Part shown: one piece after another, positions 28,109 through 43,666 of the stretch
Position numbering within the stretch: the first letter of the stretch is position 1
How the letters are laid out: each line of letters begins with the position of its first letter
DNA from: Octopus bimaculoides
Taxonomy: Eukaryota
Length of the DNA stretch: 64,000 nucleotides
Direction of reading: 5' to 3'
Assembly (NCBI RefSeq): GCF_001194135.2
Contig: NC_068992.1
Span: 50,661,653-50,725,652, forward strand
Notes under the pieces: model-generated
The model's input: only the letters and a program-made list of their open reading frames with translations
What the model was told of the DNA's origin: nothing
The model's database searches: none
Made by a program: the position numbers and the translations under genes

Positions 28109-29127
28109 TCGATAAGCAAGTCTATTCCTAAAGTTTGTAGTCGACTTATTTTACAGATCAGTTATCATCATAATTCTCTTTGGAATGACCCGGGTTCTTG
28201 ATCCACGAATGAATAGTATATACGGACATTTTTAGCATATTAAATGAAATTAATTTAGTAATTGTTTATTACAGCTGAGTAGTAATATTCTTATAATTAA
28301 TGTCACAAGACCTATTCAGAAACGTTGGTGCAATGATTGCATCGAAGTAATATTGGCTGGTATCATGAGGGATTCATTGCTGGCTTGGATACAATTATTA
28401 CAACTGCATCTTATATTTGAGAGAAGGATACTAGACACTCAGTGCATCACAAACGCAGAAGTAGAGCAGATGTAATTATTGGAAGCCATTGATAATTATT
28501 GTAGTGTTAATTGGTCGATGTTCCCTAATTAATGGCTTTAGTATTGATGTTATTATTGTTGTTATTGTCCTCACGTTGCGTAATTATTATTGGCAATGTG
28601 GAAATTTAATCGCATTTGCTACACGCGATGACACATCGTAATTTTCTTGTGTTTCAAAGAGACAAATATTTAAAAGAGAGAATTCAATACAGACTATGAG
28701 ACAGTAAAAGTGCCTGTGAGTGTCACGGTGATATGCTAGAAATATCAACTACTTTCTCCATAAATCATATGTATACAATTTAGTAAAAACAATATTTTAG
28801 ATTATGAACACGGTCTTCATTTGAAAACTAAAAAAAACTTAACATCATTGTCAAATTCGGACTTTTTTTTATCATAGCTCACAAAAAATATAGATTAAAA
28901 TTTGATGAAAATAAGAAATCGGAAACATAAGACAACCTAAAATTTTTGTACCATAATATATTTTCATTTAAATTTTCAGATTTGAAAATATATTCTTAAT
29001 AATTTAACCAGAAAAGCGACACTTAGAAGCATGAACATGTCGACCTCTGCAAAATGTAAGATTGTATGTATGTATGTACGTATGTATGTATGTATGTATG
29101 TATGTATGTATGTATGCGTGCATGCAT

Positions 29128-29452
29128 GTGAAGGCGCGTGGCTTAGCGGTTAGGGTATTAGACTCACAATTATGAGGTAATGAGTTCAATTCCTGGCGAC
29201 GCGTTGTGTTCTTGAGCAAGATACTTTATTTAACGTTGCTCCAGTTTACTCAGCTGGCACACATGAGCAGTATCTGTATTTAAAAGGGCCGGTATTGTCA
29301 TATTGTCTATCACGCTGATTTTCCTTGAGAACTATGTTAAGGGTACGCGTGTCTGTGGAGTTCTCAGCCACATGCACGTTAATTTCACGAGCAGCCTGTC
29401 CCGTTGATCGGATCAACTGAAACTCTTGTCGTCGTAACCGACGGAGTACCAG
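29128..29452 (+). mobile_element. SINE family C, full length, tRNA-derived head
   Basis: A-box tggcttagcggttagg and B-box gagttcaattcct, followed by a ttgagcaagatact...gctccagtttactcagctg central domain. The 3' end is gtcgtaaccgacggagtacca. Confidence 0.9.
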
Positions 29453-29459
29453 TGATGTA

Positions 29460-29503
<44 letters not shown>

Positions 29504-30918
29504 NNNNNNNNNNNNNNNNNNNNNNNNNNNNNNNNNNNNNNNNNNNNNNNNNNNNNNNNNNNNNNNNNNNNNNNNNNNNNNNNNNNNNNNNNNNNNNNNN
29601 NNNNNNNNNNNNNNNNNNNNNNNNNNNNNNNNNNNNNNNNNNNNNNNNNNNNNNNNNNNNNNNNNNNNNNNNNNNNNNNNNNNNNNNNNNNNNNNNNNNN
29701 NNNNNNNNNNNNNNNNNNNNNNNNNNNNNNNNNNNNNNNNNNNNNNNNNNNNNNNNNNNNNNNNNNNNNNNNNNNNNNNNNNNNNNNNNNNNNNNNNNNN
29801 NNNNNNNNNNNNNNNNNNNNNNNNNNNNNNNNNNNNNNNNNNNNNNNNNNNNNNNNNNNNNNNNNNNNNNNNNNNNNNNNNNNNNNNNNNNNNNNNNNNN
29901 NNNNNNNNNNNNNNNNNNNNNNNNNNNNNNNNNNNNNNNNNNNNNNNNNNNNNNNNNNNNNNNNNNNNNNNNNNNNNNNNNNNNNNNNNNNNNNNNNNNN
30001 NNNNNNNNNNNNNNNNNNNNNNNNNNNNNNNNNNNNNNNNNNNNNNNNNNNNNNNNNNNNNNNNNNNNNNNNNNNNNNNNNNNNNNNNNNNNNNNNNNNN
30101 NNNNNNNNNNNNNNNNNNNNNNNNNNNNNNNNNNNNNNNNNNNNNNNNNNNNNNNNNNNNNNNNNNNNNNNNNNNNNNNNNNNNNNNNNNNNNNNNNNNN
30201 NNNNNNNNNNNNNNNNNNNNNNNNNNNNNNNNNNNNNNNNNNNNNNNNNNNNNNNNNNNNNNNNNNNNNNNNNNNNNNNNNNNNNNNNNNNNNNNNNNNN
30301 NNNNNNNNNNNNNNNNNNNNNNNNNNNNNNNNNNNNNNNNNNNNNNNNNNNNNNNNNNNNNNNNNNNNNNNNNNNNNNNNNNNNNNNNNNNNNNNNNNNN
30401 NNNNNNNNNNNNNNNNNNNNNNNNNNNNNNNNNNNNNNNNNNNNNNNNNNNNNNNNNNNNNNNNNNNNNNNATATTTATATATATTCAAATTACATGAAA
30501 CATACACTGATACACACACAAACGACCAGACGCATAAAGCACACACAAACACAAACAAGAGAAATGTTGACAAATTGAGAAAATTATGTCTGACTTACTT
30601 TGCAACTGAGAGTAACACGTAATTAATTTGATTTTCTATTTATATAGATATGCCTGACTGCTTCAGACATTGCCTCGCATCATTTTAGTTTAAAAATGGT
30701 GATTTAAAGCATCTCTAGAGTGGTTATTATGTCTGTCTTCTTCTGACATTGGTTGCTTCCTTACTGATGGTGTTCTTATTCAAAGTGCACTTGTTCTTGT
30801 CGTTTCTTATAACGCTGATGTTATGTTCAGGAAATGGTTATATCTATATTTATATAAGTAGGCATATATGATGTATGTATTTTATGATGGATGTCTGCAT
30901 ATATATATTGTGATATAA

Positions 30919-30968
<50 letters not shown>

Positions 30969-31034
30969 ACACACATACACATATTGATATATAAAGTAGG
31001 AATGTAGGAATGCTGTTAAGCAAAACACATAGTC

Positions 31035-31075
<41 letters not shown>

Positions 31076-31088
31076 TTATGTATATATA

Positions 31089-31172
<84 letters not shown>

Positions 31173-32149
31173 CATATATATACATACACACACATATGTA
31201 CATGTATACACAGATAGGTATATAAATATATATACGTAGATACAACATATATATATGTATGCAATTATATATATATGCACACTCACACACACACACACAC
31301 ACACATTAACACATATTAAGAAGTAGGTATATTGAGACATAAATGCATGTATACATGAACGGAACAATTAGAATGTAGCAACCGTACATTGCAAAAGGCA
31401 AATACAACAATAATAATAAGAACAATAATCTAAAACACGAAGGAAAATCATAATGGAAAACAAGTCACGACACAAAATATTAGGAACTGCAAGAAAAAAT
31501 CTATAGATAGGTAAACATTATATAAAATAATATAAAAACAAAAGAATCTCACAAAATATGAGTGTAATAATTTGTGATAAAATCTAAATGAGCAAATCTC
31601 CTAATATTTATGTGTTCCCATGTCTGACATGCTTCAGTGAATGTTCAGCCTAGAATGACATTTTATTAATCCAATACACTAAAACGAAATAGAAGCTAAT
31701 TCTTGGTGTGGAGTTTACGTAACTAATGACTTGTTGTTGGTGGCTAAAAACTAAAACTTTTAGCTTTTGTATTGTTTCATTCTGCTTCTTTGTCGTATAA
31801 ATAACATTCAGCACAAGAGTGATGATCTCGTTATACTATATTACCTTCATATCAAAGTTCTGACGGCAGGCAGACATTATGTCAGGTTATATCTACGTAG
31901 AGCCGAACAGGAATTGGTAGTGGATGTAAATATGCATAATGTACAATATATGACATTATATAACATATGTGTGTGTGTGTGTATGTGTGTGCTTGTATTT
32001 GTATGTGTAAGAGTGTATATACATGTATATGATTTATGTAAAGTAAGTATCCTTGTATGCATTTATGTACGCACATATTTATACATACATACAGACCATG
32101 TGCGAGAGAGAGAGAGAGAGTTATATGCATATTCGTTTTATGTATACGC

Positions 32150-32192
<43 letters not shown>

Positions 32193-33074
32193 CATATATA
32201 TTTCTGAATATTTTCATACGCCTGAATGTGTGTGTGTATCTGTATGTAGTTATTCTGTACAACTCTGTAGGCAACATAAGTGACACTATGCATCCATGCG
32301 AATATATAAACGTACAACATACTCGCTTATACACACATTTGTCTGTGCGTGCATATAATCTCCACGCACATGCATACATATATCTATATACATAAGCGTA
32401 TTCAAATGCATGTCTTCATATATTTGTTATCCTTACATCATCTCTAAAATACGTCATAGATATATGTGTGTGTGTGTATAAATGTATAAATCTATGTCTA
32501 TGGTATATATTTATATACATATTCATATGCATTTATTTGTCTCAGCTACTAATGCAGGCAGATATATTAATGCTTGGTATTCTCTGGTTTTCTATCTCAC
32601 TGTTAGATTACAACATCGTGGATCTATCACTAAATTTACTTTTGTTGTTAGAGGCAGTTTACTAATGTCCATGGACTACGTCTTTTTTCTGTCAACATTC
32701 ATCATGTCAAATATCCGTTTAAAAGTTTCTTTTACGTTACACTCAAGAATTATTCTCATTCATTCTATTCGTTTGTTTAACCTTTTGTGTTAATTTCTTT
32801 TAATTGTAGTTCGTTATAAAGCATAACGAATTGTTAGGTGAGTTGTTAATATTTCACGAACCACATCGTTTATAGGGTCTCTCTACCAACGGCCAATGCA
32901 AAGCTTGTACAGATATGAGCGCATTGGTAATGGTCTAAATATTTAAACAGTTTTACGGTCAAACTGGTTAATTGCGTAGCAGGTAATGATAGCATATCTT
33001 GTTAGTAAAATAATGTACAAGCATCTTTTGTACAACAATTTGTATCCGTAAATTACTTTATTTCCTGCTTGTTA

Positions 33075-33290
33075 CGAATAGAAATGTGTTAAAAAGAACA
33101 CGTGTGCTAAGTAAATGACGTGTTAGGAAGATAGTTAAGATTTATTAAGAAAAAGAAGATAGATTTGTTATGAATAGAGGTATATTAAGGAAAGTGATAT
33201 GTTGAGAAAAGAGGTGTGTTTAGGAAAGTGATGTGTTAAGAAAATGTATGTGTTAAGAAAAAAGGTGTGCTGAGCAGCGTAATGTGTTCT
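33075..33290. repeat. Degenerate minisatellite (about 18-bp unit, gtgttaagaaaagtgat-like)
   Basis: About 10 imperfect copies of tgtgttaagaaaa. Confidence 0.75.
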
Positions 33291-35085
33291 ATCTCTGTTA
33301 TATATGTTAATGTATGAAAACTCTGTAATAATAGTAATGCAAATAAACCGGTGCGCATTTGCATCGGTGAACGTTCATTCAGATGTGAAATCTTAGAATA
33401 AATATGATTGGATAGAAGGAGGAATGCAAATTCTAAAGTTTCGCGTTGCTATATCTGAACTAAGAGTAGAAGTATTTGAAGTAATTCCTTAGTTATTGTA
33501 ACCATGCTAAAAACAACTCGGCTATTAGAATTTACAGTCCTCAATGTATTCATATTTCCTTATAGTATGAGGAAGACTTGATCTACTACGGGAATGTCTA
33601 CTCATGACAGAAAACCTTGACGCTAATGGATGGATGTATGATAGGAATATATCTAATATAACAAAAAAAGTTTATAATTTTCAATAAACATTTAGATTAC
33701 CGTTGAAGGGCTAGCAGTGCCCGTTTGGATCTTATATTACATGGTCTTATATTACATCTGTTACCATGACACTTTGTTTTATTCTTCCATTCAGCGTGTG
33801 AATCACTGCATTGTCAAATCCATCCGGTAGAAATAGTAGCTGAATATATGAAATTAAACACTATTGTTAGTAACGATACGAAGTATAAAGTATTGTATAA
33901 TCAAATCGCAAATATGTTTTAAAAACATAGAATAGTAATGTTTACCTAGTTTTCATCACACATTTCTTTTAGATAGTTCCTAGGGTCAAGCAGCAGAAGC
34001 AGTATCGCTAACAGCAACAGAGACAACAACAAAGATAACAACAACAGTTCATCTCAAACTCGTCTTTGTTTTGTTATGAATTGTTGCCGTCTGTAGGGGA
34101 CGTTTCCTGGCATTAGATTTAGAAGGTATTGAAGACGGATAGAAGTGGTTGTAAAAGGTGCATTGCAATATCAATGTTTCTTTACTTTCAGGGGTCGAAA
34201 TTGACACCTGTGCATTACGGGATATTCGATGGAAGCTAAAACAATGTAATCTATCCAAATAGCCCCTCAGGATTAAAAAAATCGCTGCAAAACCGGTGAT
34301 GTATAGAATTACCAAAGCAACAATTATACAGTGATACTATTGATAGAAATTACTTTCAACGAATGAAAAATAATCAATCTTACTAAGATTACACTATTCT
34401 TTAGAGAAAATCATGCAAAAATGATATCATCATTATTTTACATTTATATTACTGTTTATTTCATTACCGTGCTACTGTAGTTTTTGGTGACATTAATATT
34501 ATATTTCTTGTTGTTGATAGAATTGTCAACGTTGAGGTTTCTTGTCCTCTCTTATTTTAATAAGCCTGCCAAATTTAGTAAATTTGCAAGCACCATATTT
34601 TCCGGCATAGAGGCCGGCGTATTATATAGTGTAAACATACAGTTTAAACTTTTCAAAATCCTCCTCTATTTCACGTGGAATTTCTCATCCTCCAAAATTA
34701 TTTCCTTATGCTATTACACTGTTATGCTGCGAATTACAAACATTATAGCAGCGAAATTTACGTAGCATGAAATTTGTAATATGTTGAAATAGAACTTTGT
34801 ACAACCAATAGTGAAAAACCATTGATCGAATACATGTACTTATAGACATTGGAGTATTCCAGTAAATAACAATACTACGATTTAAACAGGGCGGGGGAAT
34901 CTCACATATCATTTGTTAATTTTCTGTATCCGAGTAGTAACTAATTCGTAGTTTTTTTGTATGTGTTTCTTATACCACGAATCATAAATATGAAAACAAT
35001 AATAATGATAATGCAAGCACAGAGATGTGCTAAATATAATTATAAAAGGAAGATATCGGAGAAGAGATGATGTCGGCGGAGGAGA

Positions 35086-35090
<5 letters not shown>

Positions 35091-35169
<79 letters not shown>
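35091..35169. repeat. (AG)n microsatellite
   Basis: Read directly from the sequence. Confidence 0.97.
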
Positions 35170-35172
<3 letters not shown>

Positions 35173-38100
35173 GGGAGAAAAGAGATAATATGGTTCCAGA
35201 AGTAGTAAAACTGCGAAAATTCATTTGAAATCGTGAGAAACGATGTAAAACCTTTAAACTGCTATTATTTTGCTCAACAATGGTTGCATCGAAGTTGAGT
35301 TAACAGTTCTTTTGTCTAATTCATTCAATGAAACGATGTTCATTCGAGATCAATAGATTTGTCAGTAAATTGGGATGTAACAACTGAAACATTAAAAAAG
35401 GAATGTGAAATAAAATAAAGATGGACATAAGAAAGCAGAGATTATCTTCAGAAAACTATAACTCTTTATATTTATCTGTCAGTCGCCTTTCTTTCTATCC
35501 ACAACTGACTATCAGCATAAGTTTTCGAGTGTCCGTGTATCTGTGTCTTTGTACATACATATAAACATAAATACATACATATACACATACACACAGCTAT
35601 TTATATATACATACGTCTGTGTGTGTGTGTATGAAATAGATTGCGGCAATGTTGTTGGTTGCCGAACATTTGCAGTGAAATTCACCATCTGCGCTTCTCT
35701 TCTTCAAAATTCTGTGAGAGACGAACTACACACCTTCTAATTTCCCCACTTCTTCTCAAACAGACTTGCATTCAACTTAATGCCAATAATTCGGATTTAC
35801 CGTTTTTGTGTTCCGGGAGAATACTAACATATACCATTCTTATTATAGTCATACTTCAACTGCACCTGTACCAGCCAAGTATGAGCTATCCTTTTGTTTA
35901 AATATGTATAGGGTACAATGTGATCACCTACCTATTTTTATGCCCGTTTAACCTTTTATTCTATACATACACATGTATAAATACATGGACATACGCATAC
36001 ACACACACGCGCGTGCGCATACACATCAGAATTTTTGATTAGCCGTACGATTTGAAGCAAGACAAGAAAGTTCAAGATGAGAAAGCGTCCTTATTTTCAT
36101 CCCTTTTCAAAACCCTTCTCAATAGGACACAAATAGAGAACAGGTTGCAGAATTAAAACATGGACAGAAATGCTAAAAATTACTTTCAAGTTAAAACATT
36201 AACAATTTACTTCAGTCAACCAGGATTATTAAATTCATGAATCCTAGTTCATCCTCATTCGTAGATTTAAAAAGAAGCTGCTTCTAATGCGATCCAACGT
36301 ACATACTTTATTTTCTAACTCACTTTTATATATTTATTTATTTTTTAATGGAAATTTTTATCTGTGCTAAACGTTATCCAGGCCATGTAAAAGTCCTAAC
36401 TTTTACAAAGCCTTATGTCAGTCGTAATAATTTAAAATTATTATCCCGAAAATAAACTTACTCAAATACATTTTTTAACATACTTTATTAATTTCTAACA
36501 TAAATCCTTCAAAACAATATACCTTATATATTTTCATCTTTTTTCTTCTGCTTTATTTCTATTGTTTTTCATTTTACGAAAGTTCTGCTATTTCTTTGGT
36601 ATATTTTCCCTTTATTTGTAATTTTATATTAGAATAACTTCAGTTTATATTTACAATACATCTATCCATATTTCATTGTCAAACACTTCATTATTACATA
36701 CGTATTGATATACCTTCATAATAATCAATGTTGACCATCCTCTTGAATTTTGGATATTTTTATGCGTATATACATACAGGGAGGAGATATATTGTTTATT
36801 TGTATACACTTCACTTAATTTATTATTTATTACTTATTTGCTCGTACACTTAGGTATTTCTTATTTAGTTTATCTTTTATTGATTATTTGTATTCACCAG
36901 TAACTATTCTTATTATTCGCTTAGGGATACTCACTCCATTGCGTTTATTTTTAAATTCTCCCTTATCAATTCTTTCAGTTCTAATCTTAGTTTAATAGTT
37001 TTATTTATTTTCATTTCTATTTCCCATCATTATTTCTGGCTTTTAAGAATTACCATTTATCATTTACCATTTATCATTTGCTGTATATCATTCATCATTT
37101 ACAATGCATATCATATCATTTAACCATTTCCGAAAATTCCTTAGATTTCCATAATTTATCACCAACTACATTATTTTGTATTATTTTCATTGTAGGTTAT
37201 TTCTTATTTCAACTATTTCACACTAACCTTTCACATCCCACACTTTAAATTTATTATTTGTTTTATATCTATATTTTAAATTTCTCTTCTTATTCTTTTA
37301 TCATATACTTTAGATTTTACTTGATATATTTTATTATTATATTCTATTAATCTATATATCTGGTCTATACTCTTCACGTCTTACATGAAATATATTATTC
37401 CGGCTTCTACTAAATTTATAACTTATTTTTATGATACATTTTCGTGCCCATTTATGCATTGGTCCGTTATATATTTTCCTTTACGTCAAACTTTTAAAAA
37501 AATATTTAAAAACACACACAAGACATTTTCCATTCATCTTATACACGAAAAACAAAGAGTTTTCCGACACTCTGAAAATATTTAATTCTAAGGTTATAAA
37601 TATGAAACACATTACGGACTCATCCAGACATAGATATAACCATAAATCAGTTTCTTATTTTCGCATTATTACGCAAAAGTAAAGGTTTCTACCACACTAC
37701 ATAGCTACGTTGATATATTTATCTACCACAACCTCAAACATTCTGAATATCTGTCTCACAAGCATCCACTAACTTGGCCTTTACTTTCCGAATTAATGAA
37801 GGTCATCACTAATGTAGCTGACGTAAACCCAGTTTTTTTTGCCATATTTTTGATGAAATACAATGATTTTATTTCATAGTAAAATACACTTTGTCATTGG
37901 TGGGTTTCAGGAACAGAAATTATCATTAAATTTTCATGTAAGTTTTTAATTTGTATGACTTTAAATAGGAAGTTGTTTTTATTATCATAGAAGTGGGAGC
38001 GATTTCAAGAGGTTTGGTATGAAAGTGGTTACGCCAAGGATGAGAGCAAGAAAGTAGTTATATAGAGTGATGGAAACACATCTCTTGCAGTGTTGTGTTT

Positions 38101-40249
38101 CTCAGGAAGATATTCCTTATCGACTTATTTATTTACACAAAGGCCGTATATTTAATGGGGGTGAGCAGAAATTGTATTCTTTTCTACCTGTGATTAGACT
38201 AATGAAATTTTCGTTGGATTTAAAGTGAACCAATATGAACTCCACTACGAACTGGATAGTAATCTCAATCTGATAGGAGCTTTCCTCTTCATGTACGTTT
38301 TTCGAAATAATACATTACATTATCTCAAGAGGTTTGATATTTTAAACATTTATTCAATCTCCTTTACTACATAGCAGTAATTATTTCATTGATGATAAGA
38401 AAAACTTTTAAAACTTTTACATTTTAACGAAAAACTCTGCTTGAAATCTCAAAGGGATTTCGACGTGGTATATAATTTAAAATCTAAAATTCTAAGATGT
38501 TTTATTGATTTATGAAAATAATAATGTTCAAGCTTATCATCGCCGAGAGAGATTTTATGAGCCAACTGATGTTTCATACAATGCATTTAATAAGACGTAC
38601 CATTATGAATTAACCAGGCGTGGAAAGTTCTGATTAGAATAATAAATTAGTTTGCACTCTGTTCCATTTATTACCGAACGATAAAGGCATTTCAATAAGT
38701 ACAAAAGCCTAAATGAGTATGTCTTTAATTAAATCTTCTGCAGGTTAAGCAGAAACACTGATCTCATGAAATTGATTAACACTAATCGCCAGATATGCAA
38801 TTTCCTGCTTTGGCTGATGATAAAGAGTAGGGGTGGTTCCATTTGCTTGTGGGGTGTAAAGGGGCATTAATTAAAAGTAATTCTTCATAAAGACAAACCC
38901 ACTGGGAAAGTCTTTACAGAGTTATTTTTCTGCGAGAAATAACAACCAAATCTATTGTCTTGAAAATCCCATATTGGATCATGTAATCTCAGATGCTGTA
39001 GATCTGCGAAACTGAACAAAACTTAATTGAAAAGAAAAGAAGCTATTTGTGTCTATTATTAAAAATATTTATTGAATAGTGTTGCTCAAAAGCTAGACAA
39101 AAACAACAACTAAAACGACTTTATAAGATACACCAAAAAGCAAAACCTACCTGTCGGTTTTAGGGAGTAAAATTTGGGATTCAGGCACATATTAAGAGTA
39201 TTCATAATATCTGAATCATTGACACCTAGGCTTATAGTGTCAGGCGTCTAAAAGTTTCAACTATTCAATCGAAAATCACAAAAAAAGTGTTGCTATTATA
39301 ACGAATATTATATCATACATATCGTAACAATCCTCTTTCACAAGCTAAACTTTTAGTTTCAGTGACAAAGTAAATCAAATTTAAATTCAGCTTAAAGTAG
39401 AAGCCATCTTCTATTCCTTATTAGGAGTGATATTTATCCCTTACGAAGCATAATATTTCACAAAACACATGTATTTTATATACAAAAAGGTATATGTTAA
39501 TAGAAGACGAAATTGAGTATTTTCATGTATATGATAATTTTCATGGCATTAGTTGGGAATCGATATTATTCTGAAGCTTGTGAACACAATATGGCTATAT
39601 CCATAAATGTATTTTTTATTACTACATGACCACAGAATTGGAAAATTGAAACCGTATCTCTGGCAATAAACGATAAAACAAGATGTTCAACGCACTACAA
39701 TTTATGTATTCACGTAAATATGTAAATTGCTGCTATGAAATATAAGAACATATCGTTGCTGAATACGTTAACTTCGATATTTTTGCATGGCTGTGTGGTT
39801 AACACGTTTGTTTCGCAGTCCTGTATTTTCGACCTGAGATGTACTACATGCCAAATCGTAATATTTTTGCTCTGATTCAAAATCCATTTTTAAGTGGGGA
39901 TGCATGCTACCTTTTTGTATCAATATTACCTGTGTCGCTCATTATACATACATACATTTATATATATATATATATATNNNNNNNNNNNNNNNNNNNNNNN
40001 NNNNNNNNNNNNNNNNNNNNNNNNNNNNNNNNNNNNNNNNNNNNNNNNNNNNNNNNNNNNNNNNNNNNNNNNNNNNNNNNNNNNNNNNNNNNNNNNNNNN
40101 NNNNNNNNNNNNNNNNNNATATATACAGTGAGAATTGTGAATTGAGAATTTAACAGGTTAAAAAATGAATTCTAACACAAAAATAGAGTCAGCTTATCCT
40201 TTACAGCATCCTCACAATTTCTTTCGACCAGATATAATTTACTGGACTT

Positions 40250-40415
40250 TATTACCTTGACGATACGGGAAAGTGACTTTCCAAGAGTGCTTTGGATTGG
40301 GATCGAATCCGAATCCCGGGCATTGCCGAGTAGGCGCCTTCATAGCATAGTGTTATTTCGTCAGCAGTGAATATCGAGCAACAGTTTGACGCAGAACGTA
40401 AAGGGACATACCTCA
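40250..40415 (-). mobile_element. SINE family A, highly degraded
   Basis: tttgacgcagaacgtaaag is the reverse complement of ctttacgttctg.gtcaaa; ggactttattaccttgacgatacgggaaag lies upstream. Confidence 0.55.
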
Positions 40416-41343
40416 AACCATACGTTCGTTCTAACATTCTAATGTTTTGTCATCTACGATTTCTTTGTTTTATTATTTGTTCGTAAGTAGGAAATTGTAA
40501 AATATCTTACTATAGAAACTATAATACTTACAGCTACACATTTGTCTTTGTCTTTGTTTCAAGAACAAACCAGTATGTACATTGGGAATGGGTCTAAGTG
40601 ATTGAGTGCTTAATTCTATTAGATAATTGGTGATTATTTTTTCAGGGTCTCACAAAAAAAAGAAAAGCGAAGTCAATTACAGATTAATTGCAAAGTTTGA
40701 ACTCAGTCTGTCGGATCTAGTTTATGACATAAAACTGAAAATTATTGACTTAATATAAAGCAGGAATTATTGAATTATTATGCAGACATACTGATTTATT
40801 TTATTAACAATCTCTTGAAGTCTATTTGGGGAAATAACGAAATATAAATCTTAGATGACAGATGGTTATCTATCGTTAAAGCAGTTTACAATAGATACAG
40901 CATTATTCATTATCGTCTCAAATTTCTGCAATCTTAAAGGTGAAACAATTTTTCAGCTGGCCTCTTATCTATCACTGCTAGATTAGCGCTGTTTATCTTG
41001 ATTCACTATAACTATTGGTAATGCAGAGCTGATGGATTGTGTGATTGTTTATGGGAAGGTGAACTCTTATCCATTCCTCGCATTTACCATTCTGACAAAC
41101 AGATCAGTTAAACCAGAGAGCTACAGCAGCAATGACACATTAAAACTAAGCATTTCGTCGTTACTACAAGTCGACACCTTTCTACTGATTGTATATAACT
41201 CTACCTCAAATACGTATTGGAGACAATGGACGTATGGAAAGTAAGAACAATTCTATTAAAATATGTACGTAGAAAATAAGAGTACAACAGTAAGCAATGA
41301 ACAATGTTGACGATTCAGGCAAACAATACTGAAGGAGTATATA

Positions 41344-41559
41344 AGGTTGGGAGCTGGCAGAGGCGTTAGCACGCCGGGTGAAATGCTTAGCGGTGTTTCG
41401 TCTGTCTTTACGTTCTGAGTTCAAATTCCGACGAGGTTGACTTTGCTTTCATCCTTTCGTGGTCAATAAATTAAGTACCAGTTGTGTACTGAGATCGATC
41501 TAATCGACTGGCTCCATTCCCCAAAATTTCGGGCCTCTCGCCTAGAGTAGAAAAGAATA
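41344..41559 (+). mobile_element. SINE family A, full length (tail type ii)
   Basis: gagctggcagaggcgttagcacgccgggtgaaatgcttagcggtgtttcgtctg...cctagagtagaaaagaata. Confidence 0.95.
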
Positions 41560-41715
41560 CTAAAGGAGTATATAATTATATTTGTGCTGAAAGTACTCTC
41601 TGGTGCTACTCAGATTTTCACAATTCTTTGCTGATGCCGGCAACTTTGATCTCGTAAAGAATCGCGTAACACGAAGTAGTAATGGAATCTAAAGTCTCCA
41701 ATAAACAAATTATCG

Positions 41716-41790
<75 letters not shown>
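41716..41790. repeat. (TATC)n microsatellite
   Basis: Read directly from the sequence. Confidence 0.97.
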
Positions 41791-42976
41791 CTTAAGTGTG
41801 TGTGTACATATACANNNNNNNNNNNNNNNNNNNNNNNNNNNNNNNNNNNNNNNNNNNNNNNNNNNNNNNNNNNNNNNNNNNNNNNNNNNNNNNNNNNNNN
41901 NNNNNNNNNNNNNNNNNNNNNNNNNNNNNNNNNNNNNNNNNNNNNNNNNNNNNNNNNNNNNNNNNNNNNNNNNNNNNNNNNNNNNNNNNNNNNNNNNNNN
42001 NNNNNNNNNNNNNNNNNNNNNNNNNNNNNNNNNNNNNNNNNNNNNNNNNNNNNNNNNNNNNNNNNNNNNNNNNNNNNNNNNNNNNNNNNNNNNNNNNNNN
42101 NNNNNNNNNNNNNNNNNNNNNNNNNNNNNNNNNNNNNNNNNNNNNNNNNNNNNNNNNNNNNNNNNNNNNNNNNNNNNNNNNNNNNNNNNNNNNNNNNNNN
42201 NNNNNNNNNNNNNNNNNNNNNNNNNNNNNNNNNNNNNNNNNNNNNNNNNNNNNNNNNNNNNNNNNNNNNNNNNNNNNNNNNNNNNNNNNNNNNNNNNNNN
42301 NNNNNNNNNNNNNNNNNNNNNNNNNNNNNNNNNNNNNNNNNNNNNNNNNNNNNNNNNNNNNNNNNNNNNNNNNNNNNNNNNNNNNNNNNNNNNNNNNNNN
42401 NNNNNNNNNNNNNNNNNNNNNNNNNNNNNNNNNNNNNNNNNNNNNNNNNNNNNNNNNNNNNNTATGACTGGACATAACAGTTTACGCTAAGTAGAAGCCC
42501 TCAGCTTCCACCACAGACAGCTCTGGAGTCTTGTGCATGCGTTTCTCTCTGTATATAGAAATTTTATCGTTATGATATGTGGTTTGTGTCTGATGGTTAT
42601 GTTCAAGGTATTTCTCAACATACGAAACTATTAATAACACATTTGACAATACTGAGTCTATTAAATGACAATAAAAAAAAATAATAGTAATAATAATGAT
42701 AATATATATACATATTTACACATATATGCGTGTGTGTATGTGTGTGTAATTTTTCAATATGTACAAATAACACGCAAAAAAAAAAAAAAAAGTTACCAAG
42801 GTAGCAAAAATTCACGTAAGTGCCAAGGATGATACAGCCTACTTATAAAAGTAGAAATTCCAGGGTTTAAGGAAATGTTTTTGTAAATCATAGATAAATT
42901 AATTGAGTAAAAACGCAGGTGTTATTCAATAAGTCTGTGTGTATACAGACTGAAGAATGGCACTTCATTTAGAGAA

Positions 42977-43021
<45 letters not shown>

Positions 43022-43218
43022 GTATGTATATTTATATACATTCATATATAATTCATAAATAGATTAATATGCAAATATAGCTGCATATATCGTTATAAAT
43101 GTAAAGTACCTTCCAAATAGCCCGAGTTTTTTTGAGGTTGGATAGAGAGCGTGTGTGCGAAAATGTAACGAAAATCCTGCGTTCTTACATATACATGTGT
43201 TTGGTTGTGTGTATGGGG

Positions 43219-43262
<44 letters not shown>

Positions 43263-43623
43263 AATCGAACACATAGCCACTACTTTCACTATAAAATATA
43301 GAAGTGTTTTGTTAGTAAGTAGATTAACAGCAACATAAATGTTTCAATAGATGCATTAAGATGTCCTGTTGAAATGGTCTCATATATATCTGAAAGTCTG
43401 TTATTTTTTGTATCATAAAAGTACATAAATGGATATACGTTTACACGTAAATGAATATACATAAAATTAAAGCANNNNNNNNNNNNNNNNNNNNNNNNNN
43501 NNNNNNNNNNNNNNNNNNNNNNNNNNNNNNNNNNNNNNNNNNNNNNNNNNNNNNNNNNNNNNNNNNNNNNNNNNNNNNNNNNNNNNNNNNNNNNNNNNNN
43601 NNNNNNNNNNNNNNNNNNNNNNN

Positions 43624-43666
<43 letters not shown>

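Noticed and set aside
29128-29200. Possible tRNA genes (also 12781-12873 and 51215-51290)
   Set aside because: A and B boxes are present, but each continues into a SINE body and I could not fold a complete cloverleaf.
41032-41244. 70-aa non-repetitive ORF ending near a GTAAGA donor
   Set aside because: Weak acceptor and no recognisable domain; the length is within chance expectation.
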